Source: an uncultured Verrucomicrobiae bacterium (lineage in GTDB: Bacteria > Verrucomicrobiota > Verrucomicrobiia > Chthoniobacterales > JAFAMB01). From it: a stretch of 64,000 bases of DNA. This document shows, piece after piece, positions 52,531-63,699 of this stretch (position 1 is its first letter; each line of letters begins with the position of its first letter). The stretch is taken from NCBI GenBank assembly GCA_963782115.1, contig CAWAIK010000005.1:32001-96000 (forward strand), read 5' to 3'. The notes beneath the pieces were generated by a model. It saw nothing but the letters and a program-made list of their open reading frames with translations. It ran no database searches and had not been told where the DNA came from. The translations under genes were made by a program, and so were the position numbers.

Positions 52531-53514
52531 ATGAAAGCGATTCGAGTGGAAAAACAAGGCGGCCCTGAAGTGTTGAAACTCCTGGATGTCGCGCCCATCG
52601 AGGCACCGGGCCCAGGCCAAGCGGTGGTACGCGTCGTGGCTGCGGGTGTGAACTTCCTGGACGTCGGCCAGCGGCGCGGCACTTATCCTCGCCAGGTGCC
52701 TTTCACCTTGGGCGTGGAAGGCGCGGGCGTGGTTGAATCCGTTGGCGAAGGCGTCCGGAACGTCAAGGCATCCGATCGAGTGGCGTTTACCGGTCTGCCG
52801 GGCGCCTATGCAGAAGCCATACTGGCCGAGGCCGAGCGCCTGATTCCTCTACCGGACGAATTTACATTCGAGGAAGGCGCGGCGTTCCCGTTGCAGGGCA
52901 TGACGGCACACTACCTGATCCACGAATTCCGGCGGCCTGTTCCCGGCAGTTTCGTACTGATTCACGCGGCGGCGGGCGGAATGGGAGGGCTGCTGGTGCA
53001 GTGGGCCAAGCACCTTGGCGCGAACGTGATTGGAACAGTCTCGACTGAGGCGAAAGCACGCACGGCGCGCACGTCCGGCGCTGATCACGTGATTGTCTAC
53101 ACAGAGCAGGATTTCGTGGCTGAAATCAAGCGGATCACGAAGGGGCGGGGCGCAGATTTGATTATTGACGGCGTGGGCAGAACGACGTTTAAGGGCGATC
53201 TGGAAGCGGCGGCCATCCGCGGCCAGATCGTGATCTTCGGTGCCGCCAGCGGTCCTGCCGATCCGGTTTCACCGAATGCTTTCATGCCGAACGCGCTGAC
53301 GGTTTCGGGCGGAAGTCTACAGAATTATCTGCGCACCCCCGAGGAGCTGATGCAGCGCGCGAATGACGTCATCGCGGGAATACGAGCGGGCTGGCTGAAA
53401 TTGAACATTGGCCGCGTGCTGCCGCTGGCTCAAGCTGTACAAGCCCATGAGGTCCTGGAAACTCGAAACACAGAAGGCAAGCTGGTACTGTCCGTCACGA
53501 ATTCACCACCATAG
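52531..53514 (+). CDS. qorA: NADPH:quinone oxidoreductase (zeta-crystallin/MDR family)
   Basis: GGPEVL, GVNFLD, LQGMTAHYL and HAAAGGMG motifs; GGAGG RBS before ATG 52531. Confidence 0.92.
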   Translation: MKAIRVEKQGGPEVLKLLDVAPIEAPGPGQAVVRVVAAGVNFLDVGQRRGTYPRQVPFTLGVEGAGVVESVGEGVRNVKASDRVAFTGLPGAYAEAILAEAERLIPLPDEFTFEEGAAFPLQGMTAHYLIHEFRRPVPGSFVLIHAAAGGMGGLLVQWAKHLGANVIGTVSTEAKARTARTSGADHVIVYTEQDFVAEIKRITKGRGADLIIDGVGRTTFKGDLEAAAIRGQIVIFGAASGPADPVSPNAFMPNALTVSGGSLQNYLRTPEELMQRANDVIAGIRAGWLKLNIGRVLPLAQAVQAHEVLETRNTEGKLVLSVTNSPP

Positions 53515-53693
53515 TCTTAAGAGGAGAGCGGAGATTCCGGGAGCTGAGGCTACGACTGATTTGAACGGCGGCGGTAGGCCCGATTCGTTGATCATTAAAA
53601 CTCGCTCCCGGGAGTTCCCTCAAGATGCCCTCTTATTCGGCTCGTGTTATTCAAACGGGTTAACAAAGTCTTAAAGCCACTCACGCGCTGAGA

Positions 53694-54089
53694 TCACTTG
53701 CGATATTGATCGTCGGTGACCTTTTCCATCCATTCGACAACCTTACCGTTGAGATTCTCCTGAATGGCGATATGCGTCATGGCCGTCGTCGGCGTCGCAC
53801 CATGCCAATGTTTTTCGGCCGGCGGGAACCAGACCGCATCTCCGGGATGGATCTCTTCAATCGGACCGCCCTCGCGCTGCACCCACCCACAACCGGCTGT
53901 GACAATCAGCGTCTGACCCAGAGGGTGTATATGCCATGCGGTTCGAGCGCCGGGCTCCAATGTGACACTGGCACCGGCCGCGCGTGCCGGAGTGTTTGCT
54001 TGGAACAAGGGATCGATGCGCACCGTGCCGGTAAACCAATCGGCTGGTCCTTTGCTGGATGGTTGTGAACCACTTCTTTTGATTTCCAT
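53694..54089 (-). CDS. Cupin-2 protein, copy 2
   Basis: Differs from 47783..48178 at only a few residues. Confidence 0.93.
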   Translation of the reverse strand: MEIKRSGSQPSSKGPADWFTGTVRIDPLFQANTPARAAGASVTLEPGARTAWHIHPLGQTLIVTAGCGWVQREGGPIEEIHPGDAVWFPPAEKHWHGATPTTAMTHIAIQENLNGKVVEWMEKVTDDQYRK

Positions 54090-54228
54090 GACGTGCGAAT
54101 GGCGGATTTCAGATTGTGGATCGATGGAACGATCTGTAGTGAGTTTACTCTGCCTCGGTGGTGGCAGCTCTCGGAATCGTGCGGCGCCTGTCGTATTCTT
54201 GCGGAAAAGCCGTGCGTTTTTCGAGGCT

Positions 54229-54850
54229 CTAGAGGGCGTTGCGGAACTGCGTGGGAGCCATGCCCACTGTCCGCCGAAATACCTGAGCGAAATGGCTTGG
54301 ACTAGTGTAGCCGACTTCGAGCGCGATTTCGATGAGGCTGCGGGGTGTTTCGCGGATCAGTTGCTGAGCTTGCAGCATGCGCTCTCGGATCACGAATTGC
54401 AGAGGCGTTATCCCCGTGGCCTGCTTGAACACGCGCGAGAAATGGAAAGGGCTCAGCTCCGCCAACTCAGCCAGCGTCTCGATTGAGATGCTTTCTGCGA
54501 GGTGCGCACGCACGTAGTCCTCGATCTTGTGGAGCCGTGCGATCGGTAACCCGCCGCGATAATCAGGTCTCTGCGATGCGACGGTCGTGTATTTCTCGGC
54601 GATGTGAATCGCCAGAAGGTGTGCGAAGGCAGCGACGCGTTTCGCGTTGCCCGCAGTATGGGCAGATAGCATCTCGGCGCAGGCAAAACTCAGATGCGCA
54701 AGGGTTTCATCCCGACCGAAGAAGTCAGTCACCTCAAGAGCGCCCGCCTTGTCTTGGTAAACCATTTGAAACGCTGCGAGGCACTGGTCCACGGCAAGAT
54801 GGATGTGGATCACGTCTATTTCCGCGCCCAAAGCTTCAGGGCGAACCGCT
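54229..54850 (-). pseudogene. AraC-family regulator, probably 5'-truncated
   Basis: LSPFHFSRVFK and [19 protein letters not shown] double HTH; no convincing start, and repeat DNA lies upstream. Confidence 0.8.
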
Positions 54851-54967
54851 TAATTGAATGCTTCCCAGGGTTGAAACCTGGTTGAAACCCTGACTCCTGT
54901 AGCCTCTCCGGGGCGATAGATCGATCCAAATTCTGCTTATCTTCGCGCCATTCGGGTCAGCCGTTTA

Positions 54968-55122
54968 CTTATGACTTATTGGGGGTCGTCGCGACCAGAT
55001 GAAAATGATTCTCCATCAGAACATAACAATGCACTTTCACCCGGTAGCGTTCCGCGGCCTCAGCAAGATAGCCCAGAAACTTCGACCGATCTCGATCATC
55101 CCGGAATATCTCTTCCCGGTCT
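54968..55122 (-). pseudogene. Second RAYT/IS200-like transposase fragment
   Basis: Manual translation gives DREEIFRDDRDRSKFLGYLAEAAERYRVKVHCYVLMENHFHLVATTP (HUH motif). Confidence 0.8.
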
Positions 55123-55210
55123 TCTTGACGAAAATGACATCGAGGAGGCGATTCGTGTGGCTAGGGATGTTGTCGACTGGGCGGCGCAACAAATGGGTCA
55201 GCCTCAGTGA
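55122..55210 (+). pseudogene. Possible HEPN-domain C-terminal fragment
   Basis: DENDIEEAIRVARDVVDWA helix. Confidence 0.35.
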
Positions 55211-55500
55211 GTGCCGGGTAGGCTAAGCCGGCACCGCAAGAAGCGTCGCGTTTTGCCGAGATGCCAACTCCAATCGCCGAGAGTTGGGATGCGTTTCATT
55301 TCGCATATTTGTAAATCCGTTGATTCGAGGGATGAATACAATAATTATTTTAATTATGAAATTTACTTTTAATTCTTTTCGGCATAAGGGTGAATTTACG
55401 TCCGATGACTACGCGACAGAACGATCAATGGTCAGAGGGCTTGATGCTGTTCTCGACGGCCTACGATCCGCTTGATCTAGCCTTAGATATCATCCACAAA

Positions 55501-56214
55501 ATGATATTTCATGATCCTTTCTGCCAATTTATAGCGGTGTCGGTAATCCTGATCTGTTCGACAAGCTTAGCTCAGGAGAACCACCAATTATCTCCACATG
55601 TGCTCCAGGTCAATCCATCTGAGACCGTGATCCTGGAGCAAATTATTCAACTAAAGGAGGGCCATCTAGTTTCCATTTGCAAAGCCTGGATTACGACGCA
55701 GCAAATCTTTTTCAAATGCGAGCAATTGGACCCCGATCTGTGTAAAGAGTTGGCACACAAAGAACGCGATGATGATTGTATCAATATCTACTGGAAAGAA
55801 GGCGTGGCATCTGAATGGCAACCAGGAGCGACTCAAGGGATTCGATACAGATGTAGTTTCGAAGAGGTGGTAAAATATCTCCTTGACTCCATCGACTGCC
55901 AACCAACCTCTGTCTATTTCCTCAACCAACTGAAGAACGGCATCCCGGATGGCGCTTATCACACCGGTCTGCCAAAAGGGAATCCCAACACGGCCAACTT
56001 GCCCGACGTGGAGGTGACCGTAAGAGGCCGAGAAGGATGGGTAACGGAAATGACCCTCAGAGACCCTTCTATGGGCAACGACTTTTTCGTTGTCAAAACT
56101 CCGTGGCCGCAGGTCAAAGAAGGTACAGTGATCCCGGGCGAAATCGACAATATCGAGTTCAAAGAGGCGGCAGACCCTTTACCAAACCGGATGCAATTTC
56201 CATCAGGCGGCTAA
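55501..56214 (+). CDS. Exported hypothetical protein
   Basis: Long ORF with lower GC and a signal-like segment ending SLA-QE; no family recognised. Confidence 0.6.
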   Translation: MIFHDPFCQFIAVSVILICSTSLAQENHQLSPHVLQVNPSETVILEQIIQLKEGHLVSICKAWITTQQIFFKCEQLDPDLCKELAHKERDDDCINIYWKEGVASEWQPGATQGIRYRCSFEEVVKYLLDSIDCQPTSVYFLNQLKNGIPDGAYHTGLPKGNPNTANLPDVEVTVRGREGWVTEMTLRDPSMGNDFFVVKTPWPQVKEGTVIPGEIDNIEFKEAADPLPNRMQFPSGG

Positions 56215-56488
56215 ACTCGCTTTGGCCGTAGGAAGTGAGCGAAACTCTTGACTATAGGAACCTCTCCAATCGTTCTCGTCGTCGTCCTCGTTCTCGATTT
56301 CTTTGGATGCGGGAAACGCACCGATTACCAACTGGAAGTGCTGAAATGCGGTCCAGCTACTCAGTATGTCGGTGTGGCCTTGGGAATTCTCGCTCATCCG
56401 GAATTTGCAACCAATACCCAGGAGTTATACTGGACATCAACACCACCTTCGACAGCCCACCCGGAAAGGATGGGGAATTCGCCTCTAC

Positions 56489-56590
56489 TTACTTAACCCC
56501 GGCAACCTGGAACCCTTCGGCCTCCAGGATAGCTCGAATCTTGCCAGCCTGATCCCCCTGGATCTCAATGGCACGATCTTTGACGGTGAG
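56489..56590 (-). pseudogene. yciH: SUI1/YciH translation-initiation-factor fragment
   Basis: TVKDRAIEIQGDQAGKIRAILEAEGF. Confidence 0.7.
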
Positions 56591-56817
56591 CGGTCTCTGT
56601 TTGGCGTTTATTTCAAGCCTCTTTTTGGGCTTCGCCATGGCGTAGAACCCATACACTGCTTCAGCAGCAAAAGAAAAGCAAAGTGTTTGCTCTGGCAGCA
56701 AATTAAGGGTGGCTCTAAGGCGATCCCCCCGGCGGCGCGCCCTCACAAGGGGCGTCAGATAGCCAGATTAGGACACTAGCACGAGCATAGATTCAAATGG
56801 CATCGCGGGAAACCTTA

Positions 56818-57801
56818 TTACCGGTTGGACGACAGATCTAATTCGTCTTTGTAATATTTGCCGGCATCCGACACATTATCCTTAGTGATAAGTTTTATGG
56901 GTGAATAGATCTTTTCCGGCACTGTCTCACCGTTCGGTTTTTTGACCAGCGTCTCGATGGCCATGTAAGCCATGGCGTCTGGGTACTGTGCCACCGTCCC
57001 GGCGAGCAGCCCCTGCTTTAGAGCATCAATGGCGTCGGGCGTGCCGTCCACACTCACTACGATTATTTTTCCTGTCGCGCCCGTCGCTTGCACCGCACGC
57101 ACTATCCCCAGCGCCATGTCGTCGTTTGCGACGAAGATCGCCTTTAGGTTGGGGTCACTCTCCAACATTTTCGTCGCGAGCTCGGCGGCCTTTTTGCGAT
57201 TCCAGTTCGCCGGTTGGCTCGCGACGATGTTAAGTCCCCCTTCCTTGGCGGCGTTGGTAAAACCCTTCACGCGATCCATGCTGCTGGTCGTTCCTGGATC
57301 ACCTTCGATAACGGCAACGTCCGAACCCTTCGGAACCGAATTTAACACTAGCTGAGCGTCCAGTTTTCCGGCCTCCACGTTGTTGGAAGCGATCCTGGTA
57401 ACGATTGTGATGCCATCTGCCTTCGCCAGCTCTTCCGGGATAAGTTCGTCGATATTAACGATTGGAATGTTTTTGCGACTAACCCTGGTCAAAGCGCTGT
57501 TGAGGGAAGCCGGCCGAAACGGGGTGACGACCAAGCCCTCCAAGCTGCCTTCGGCCAACCAGCTTTGCAGGATGTTGAGCTGTTCGACGTCTGCTTCTTC
57601 CGTCGGGGTGCTGCCGAATACCACTTCGACTCCCAACTTCTTCTGCGCGTAGTCGTAGCCATGCTTCATCAAAAGGAAGTAAGGGTTGGCCAGACTTTTG
57701 GTCAGTGCGCCGATCTTGTGCGTCTTGGTGCTTTGCGCGCAAACGCTGCCGACCGGGATTAGGGCCAAGAGCAAACCTGCAAACAGGACTAATTTTTTCA
57801 T
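56818..57801 (-). CDS. Monosaccharide ABC substrate-binding protein (RbsB/AlsB-like)
   Basis: Signal peptide, KSLANPYF, ASNNVEAG, ANDDMALG and VSVDG motifs. Confidence 0.93.
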   Translation of the reverse strand: MKKLVLFAGLLLALIPVGSVCAQSTKTHKIGALTKSLANPYFLLMKHGYDYAQKKLGVEVVFGSTPTEEADVEQLNILQSWLAEGSLEGLVVTPFRPASLNSALTRVSRKNIPIVNIDELIPEELAKADGITIVTRIASNNVEAGKLDAQLVLNSVPKGSDVAVIEGDPGTTSSMDRVKGFTNAAKEGGLNIVASQPANWNRKKAAELATKMLESDPNLKAIFVANDDMALGIVRAVQATGATGKIIVVSVDGTPDAIDALKQGLLAGTVAQYPDAMAYMAIETLVKKPNGETVPEKIYSPIKLITKDNVSDAGKYYKDELDLSSNR

Positions 57802-57996
57802 GTCTTGGGAATGCTACAAATGTTCCTTGGGTTGAAGCTCCTGCCACGACACTTCATAGCCTCGAAATGCCGAGCAGTACGTGCCTACCCAATGTGAACA
57901 AATCTTTGTCTACCGACTTAGGTGGGCATCTGGCGTTTTGGGTCCGGTTTGTTAGGCTCGTCTTTCCAGGTTGCTGTCGGCGCTCATAAAAGAGGT

Positions 57997-59057
57997 TCAT
58001 TTCAACGTTTTCTGCAACCAGAGGCGGGCCATCCAGTGGTCACGCACGAGCGCGAGGGCGATGGCCAGGATCATTGTGGCGCCCCAGATGGCTTCGGTCA
58101 GGTGGGGGCTAACGCCCAGCAAATTGAATCCCGTGGAGATGATCTGAAGCAGTACGAGCGACAGAAAAAGCCCGAGCACTTTGCCGAAGCCGCCATTAGG
58201 ATCTACCCCCCCGAGCACCGCAGCCAGGATGGTGATGAGCAGGTAGGATTCCGCGTAGCCGGCGCTTGCGGAATTAAACCGCGCCATCATGACCACCGCC
58301 GCCACCCAGCACAGCAGGCTTGAGACAACGTAAACGCCCACCAGCATCCAGTCGGTGGCCACACCTGAGTAACGAGTGGCCTTTTCGTTCGAACCGATCA
58401 TGCGAACGGCCACGCCGAAGGCGCGCTGCTCATGGTCACCGCCACCGCAATTGCGCAGAGGATGAAAAGGATCATGGGTACCGGCACTCCCAGTAAGATG
58501 CCATTTCCCAAGAATAAGATCGCCGGTGGAAACCCGCCGATGACCCCGCCGTTGGTGGCGTAGACCGCGATCCCTTTGACTTTGACCGCCGTCATGGTGC
58601 CGAGTGTAACCAGGATCGGGTGCACCCCCAGAAAGGCCACGATTGCGCCCGTGATCAGCCCGACTACCAACGACGTCACTAACCCCGCCGCCAGGGCCAG
58701 CACGATCACCCCGGCCATGGCCTGCGGCGGGCTGGCGGGTCCGATCATTTTGGTGATGATGGCGGCCATAACCAGAGCGGAAAGATTGGCGGTGGCAATG
58801 ATCGCCAGGTTCAGCCCGCCGCTCATCAACGGGATCATCATGGCCAGGGCCAGGATGCCGAGCTCAGGCATCTGGAAGGCCATGGCGCGAGGCGTCTCGA
58901 CCGAAAGGAAACGCGAAGGGGCCAACGCGCTGAAGAAGATCACGGCCAGGACGATCAACGCGCCGAGCATCGTGATGGTCGGGTCCCGCCCAAACCAGGC
59001 CATGAAGGAGGGCCGGGGAGCGGCCGTGGAGGGGGCGGTGGCGGCTTTAGTTGGCAT
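57997..59057 (-). pseudogene. CUT2 sugar ABC permease, frameshifted near 58420
   Basis: ORFs 58398..59057 and 57997..58413 together make one permease (GGLNL, ILVTLG, IGSNEKATRYSG, AAVLGG). Confidence 0.85.
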
Positions 59058-60024
59058 GACGAACGCGCTGTTTTTGATGGTGCTTGGCGGCGTAAGCCGT
59101 GGCGCTCACACTCATGAGAATGACAAGGCCGGTGACAAACCCGAATGAATAAGACGACACGCCCAGCAGGGTGAGGCCATTCTGCAGGATCGCCAACAGA
59201 ACGATGCCCAAGACCGTCCCGCTGACGGTGCCGATGCCGCCCAGGAGGCTTGCGCCGCCCAAAACGACCGCCGCGAGCACGTCAAGTTCTCGCCCGATCA
59301 GGGCGTTGGGCACCACCTCTTCGACGCGGTGCGCCTGAACCAACCCCGCAATGCCGGCCATGAAGCCGGAGTAGCCGTAGACAAAACACTGAAGGCCCAA
59401 GAGGTTACAGCCCATGCGCTTGGCGGCTTCGGGGTTGCCCCCTAGCCCGTAGATCTGCCGGCCGATCGAGAGCCGGCTCAGCAAGAAGACGGTCACGAGC
59501 AGAACGATCGCGGCCACTACCACCGGGAACGGGATTCCAAACAGCGAAAGGTCATCCGTGAACCAGTCGGGTAAGTTATAGAGGGATTTGCCATCCGTCA
59601 CGAACATGAGGATCGCGAAGTAAAAGGTCATCATCGAAATGGTGACGATGACCGCGAGCGCTCGGAGGTAGTAAATCAGCAGGGCGTTCACGACCCCGAG
59701 CAGGATGCCAAACCCCGCGGCTAACCCGAAGGCCACGAGCCAGTTTCCGCCGATGCGCACGAGAACAGTTGCCATCACGTACTGGCTGACTGCGGCGATG
59801 GCGGCAAAGGAAATGTCGATCCCGCCGGAGATGAGCACCACCAAGAGTCCTGCCGCCATGATGGCCATCACCGAGTAATTTTCCAGCAGCGAGACCAGGT
59901 TACCGGCGGATAAGAAACTCTTGGAGAGGGCCGAGAAAATGACGGCCATCACGACGATGATACCGGCGAGTTGAACGTCGTGGCGGTGAAACACCGCCTT
60001 ATAGGAAGAGTGCTGATCAGGCAT
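59047..60024 (-). CDS. CUT2 sugar ABC permease
   Basis: SGGIDIS, GGNPEAAKRMG and ELDVLAAVVLGG motifs. Confidence 0.93.
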   Translation of the reverse strand: MPDQHSSYKAVFHRHDVQLAGIIVVMAVIFSALSKSFLSAGNLVSLLENYSVMAIMAAGLLVVLISGGIDISFAAIAAVSQYVMATVLVRIGGNWLVAFGLAAGFGILLGVVNALLIYYLRALAVIVTISMMTFYFAILMFVTDGKSLYNLPDWFTDDLSLFGIPFPVVVAAIVLLVTVFLLSRLSIGRQIYGLGGNPEAAKRMGCNLLGLQCFVYGYSGFMAGIAGLVQAHRVEEVVPNALIGRELDVLAAVVLGGASLLGGIGTVSGTVLGIVLLAILQNGLTLLGVSSYSFGFVTGLVILMSVSATAYAAKHHQKQRVRHAN

Positions 60025-61228
60025 AAATGACCTCCCGGAGTTCTTGCTCGCTGACGCGCTGGGGATCGTACGTTCCAACGATCTGTCCCGAGCGCATGAC
60101 CAGGATCCGATGGCTTTGGTACAAGACCTCTTCGACCTCATCCGTGATGAGCAGGATGGCAAGGCCGCGGGCCGCGAGTCCGTCGACGACTTGGAAAATG
60201 CCGGCTTTGGCGCCGATGTCGACGCCCACCGTGGGCGAATCCAGGATCAGCACGCGCGGGTCGGTCGCGAGCCACTTGGCCAGCACCACCCGTTGTTGGT
60301 TGCCGCCTGAGAGTTGTTGGACCGGCCGGTCGGCGGTGTTGGTCTTCACATGCAATTCCTGAAAAATCCAACGCTCGATGGTTTGGGCCCGCCTCGCGCC
60401 GTCGATGAGGCCCAGCGGTCCCGTGAGCCGATCCAACACCGAGATGACCGTGTTGTCGGCGATGGTCTGCGGCATCACTAAGCCCAACGAAAGGCGGTCT
60501 TCGGACACGTAGGCAATCTTCTGGCGGATGGCCTCGCGGTTGGTGCGCAGTTGGACTGGCTGGCCATTGACCCGGATTGCGCCTGAATCGGGCGGGTTCA
60601 TACCAAAAAGCGAGAGGGCAAGCTCGGTGCGGCCTGAGCCTAGGCGCCCGATGAGGCCCAGGATTTCCCCGGGCCGCAATTCGAGGTCGACGTCGGCGTA
60701 TTGACCCTCGCGTGTCAGGCGGCGCACCTCCAGCATCGGCTCTACCTTGCCCGAGAACGGGGCTTTGAGGCTGCTTTCGAACACGTGGCCGGTGATCAAT
60801 TCGCCCAGGCGGCGCCGATCCAGGTCGCGCACCCAGTAGGTGCCCAAATTACGCCCGTCGCGCAGCACGGTCACGCGCTCGGCGATGGTCATGACCTCAT
60901 CGAGCCGATGGCTGACAAACACCGTGGCGATGCCTTGGCGCTTTAGTTCGTGAATGATGGCCAGAAGCGCATCGACTTCCTGGTGGGTCAGCGAAGCGGT
61001 TGGCTCGTCCATGACGATCAGCCGCGCTTGCTCCCCCACCAGCGCCCGACAGATGGCCACCAACTGGCGCGTGGCGATGGGCAACGTCCCAACCAGGGCC
61101 TCTAGCGGCAATGAAATCTTGAGCCGTTCCATGACCGCCTGCGCCTGCTTGCGCATCGCTTTGGGGTCCGCCAAGCGAACCGGCGTTTGTACGTGGTGTC
61201 CGAACGCGATGTTCTCGGCTACCGACGG
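60017..61228 (-). pseudogene. CUT2 sugar ABC ATPase (RbsA-like), 5'-truncated
   Basis: Homology begins at SVAENI and includes MDEPT, SHRL and LSGGNQQ; the first Walker A is absent. Confidence 0.88.
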
Positions 61229-61724
61229 GGTTCTACAAAGCACATTTCTAGGTTTAACTTTACGCGCGCGATCGATATGGGTTTGGTTTTCTACAAATCC
61301 ACCTTCGATGTGCGCACCAAAGATGGGGGCCGCACCGGTGGCAGGCAAGCGCTTCTGCCAAAAAAAACTTTACGCCGTAAAGTTAGCTTAAGTAAAAACA
61401 TTATGTTAGGTGGGCAAACATATGTCAGGTAATCAAATGAACTGACGGATATGCTTGAAGCTCCCGGGCTACGAAACTTTGCCGGTGTGTCGTTGCTTCT
61501 TGAAATAAGCCTTCATCGTCGATTGACAAAACGCGCTGATGAAAGGGTCGGCCGCTGCGAGTTGGTCCAAAATATGGGGTGGCTGGGGCAGCGACAACAC
61601 GGTTATTCCGATGGTCTCGGGCGAGGACGTCGCGCGGGTCGCCGCCGGAGCTTGTGGAACTCGGACTTGAACGTCGAGTTCAAGGGTGTAGGCGTTGGAA
61701 GTTTTTGCATGGCAGCGTCAGCCG

Positions 61725-61800
61725 CAGGGATGGCCGCCTACGTAGGGATGGATTGGGCGGACCAAAAACACGATGCCATTTGCGCTCAGCAGCCGAGCCG
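61725..61800 (+). pseudogene. IS110-like transposase N-terminal fragment
   Basis: AAYVGMDWADQKHD. Confidence 0.6.
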
Positions 61801-62029
61801 TCAGCAAGCCTGGGCGGAGAAAATACGCCGGTTTTCCCGCCTGGTTGACTCCGTTCTTCAGGTGTTTTCGCGCCGTCAAGTATCTAGTATCTGTTTAGCC
61901 CTGCCTTAATCGTCCTCGCCCTCGTCGTCGTCCTTCGTCCTCGCTCGTCCTCGCTGGGGGATCAAGGCAGTTTGCAGGATGGAAGAAGGATGAATGGAGA
62001 AAGCAAGCGACGGCAGTTTCGATCGTAGC

Positions 62030-63699
62030 TGTCACTTTGCGAATTATTTGGCATAAAATTTTGCGCGGTATTTGGCATAACTGACCCAGTGCGTGAGCCT
62101 TCCGCGATTGTACCGAGCGACCTCGAGGCGCGGACAACGGGTCGCTTGTCGCTCCTAGATCCGATTTTGGGACCAAGAGTTTTCGATCGCCTGCGCAGCC
62201 TGTTCCGGAGATTTGCCACTGCCGGCGACGGCCAAGGCTTCATCGTTGAAGACACGCCCTGTGTCGCGCCCAAGAAGCTGATCCATCGCGAGGCCGATCC
62301 AGCTAGAATGGGTTACCTCCAAAGCAAGAGCTTTGTAGAAAGGATCGTGAATCGCCTCTGCGGTCCCTTTAACCATTGGGATAGAAAGACCCTCCGCGGC
62401 GAGTTTGCTTTGGATATCTCTCCCCAGCAACACCTTCATAAAATCGAGGGTCTCTTTTGGCGCATCCTTCGAAACCAACCAGCCGTAAACGCTGCCAAAG
62501 ATGTCATTCGCCTTGCCCTTGCCGCCGCGAAACCTCTGGGAAGAAAAACCAACCAAGCTTCGCATCAGGTAACCCTTGTTTGTCGGCGGCGTACATTCGA
62601 CCTACCCCTAGGACCCAGACGCCAGCCTGGAGATGGAACGCTGCTTTCTCATCGTGGAAGAAACCCACTGCTTCGCGGGTGTTCGTTGTCTGAAAACCCT
62701 CTTGGAAAGGCTCCAAATCACAAAGCTCTTTGTACATCTTCCAGGCTTTAACGACATCCGGTCCGGCAAACCCGCCGTTCTGACCTTTATAAGCCGATGC
62801 CATCCCGTCCTTCCCCAGAATTCGCATTATCAAAAGCGCAGGATAGAACTGGATGGGCCATTTTTCGGATCCGCCGACGGCCATCGGAATGATACCTGCC
62901 GCTTTACACTTTTTGACAGCGTCGAGCAAATCCTCCCAGCCCTTGACCGCGCCTGGATCAACGCACGCTTTCTCGCAGAGCTCCTTGTTATACCAGAAAA
63001 GGATCGGACCGACGCTGTCAGGCAACCCGTACGATCTCCCATCAGACACGAAGGACTGAACACCGGTTGCATAGAAGGAATCTTTGAAGTTCCCCGCGAT
63101 GGCGTCCGTGATGTCCTGGCAGACTCCAGCCCGAATCTGCTCCAGCATGACACCACCGCCCCAGCTGTGGAACACGCTGGGGCGATCTTTGGATTGAAGC
63201 AGCGTAGGCAGCTTTGCCTTGAATAGCTCGTGGTCTAAATAGTCAAACTGGACCTTCACTTGGGGAGGGGCCTTTCCAAACTCGCCAGCCGCCGCTTGCC
63301 AAATCTCGAGGATTTCTGGAACCGGATTGACGTGGAGAATCTTGATTACGGTTTCCGTCGAGTCAGGACAGGAAGGCGACTCAAAGGACGCCAGGGAAAA
63401 TAGAAATGAGTATTTCATGATTCCAGGGATCGTACGGACACTAACACATTCGCACGCGCAGGCAGCTCCAGAGGATGAAGAACTTACCGCTTCTCAAAAA
63501 CCTCTCTTGAAACGATATTCTCGAAATAACAGCCTTGTGACGAGTTTTGAGAACTCTCGCATTTTGATTGGCTGTGCACGGGCGAGGGTCTCACGCGCCA
63601 TCCTGAAATGATGCGCGATCGCTATCGCGCTGCTCTGAAGGCTCACCATTATGCCAAATACCACGCAAAAAATTGTGCCAAATAATTCGCAAAGTGACA
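62030..63699. mobile_element. Non-autonomous TG...CA transposon carrying a cargo gene
   Basis: 51-bp IRs (47/51 identical) beginning TGTCACTTTGCGAATTATTTGGCA; 5-bp target duplication GTAGC; no transposase. Confidence 0.9.
62155..63418 (-). pseudogene. Carbohydrate ABC substrate-binding protein, frameshifted near 62525
   Basis: FKAKLPTLLQS, SWGGG and FWYNKEL motifs; the C-terminus lies in the 62155..62565 frame. Confidence 0.85.
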
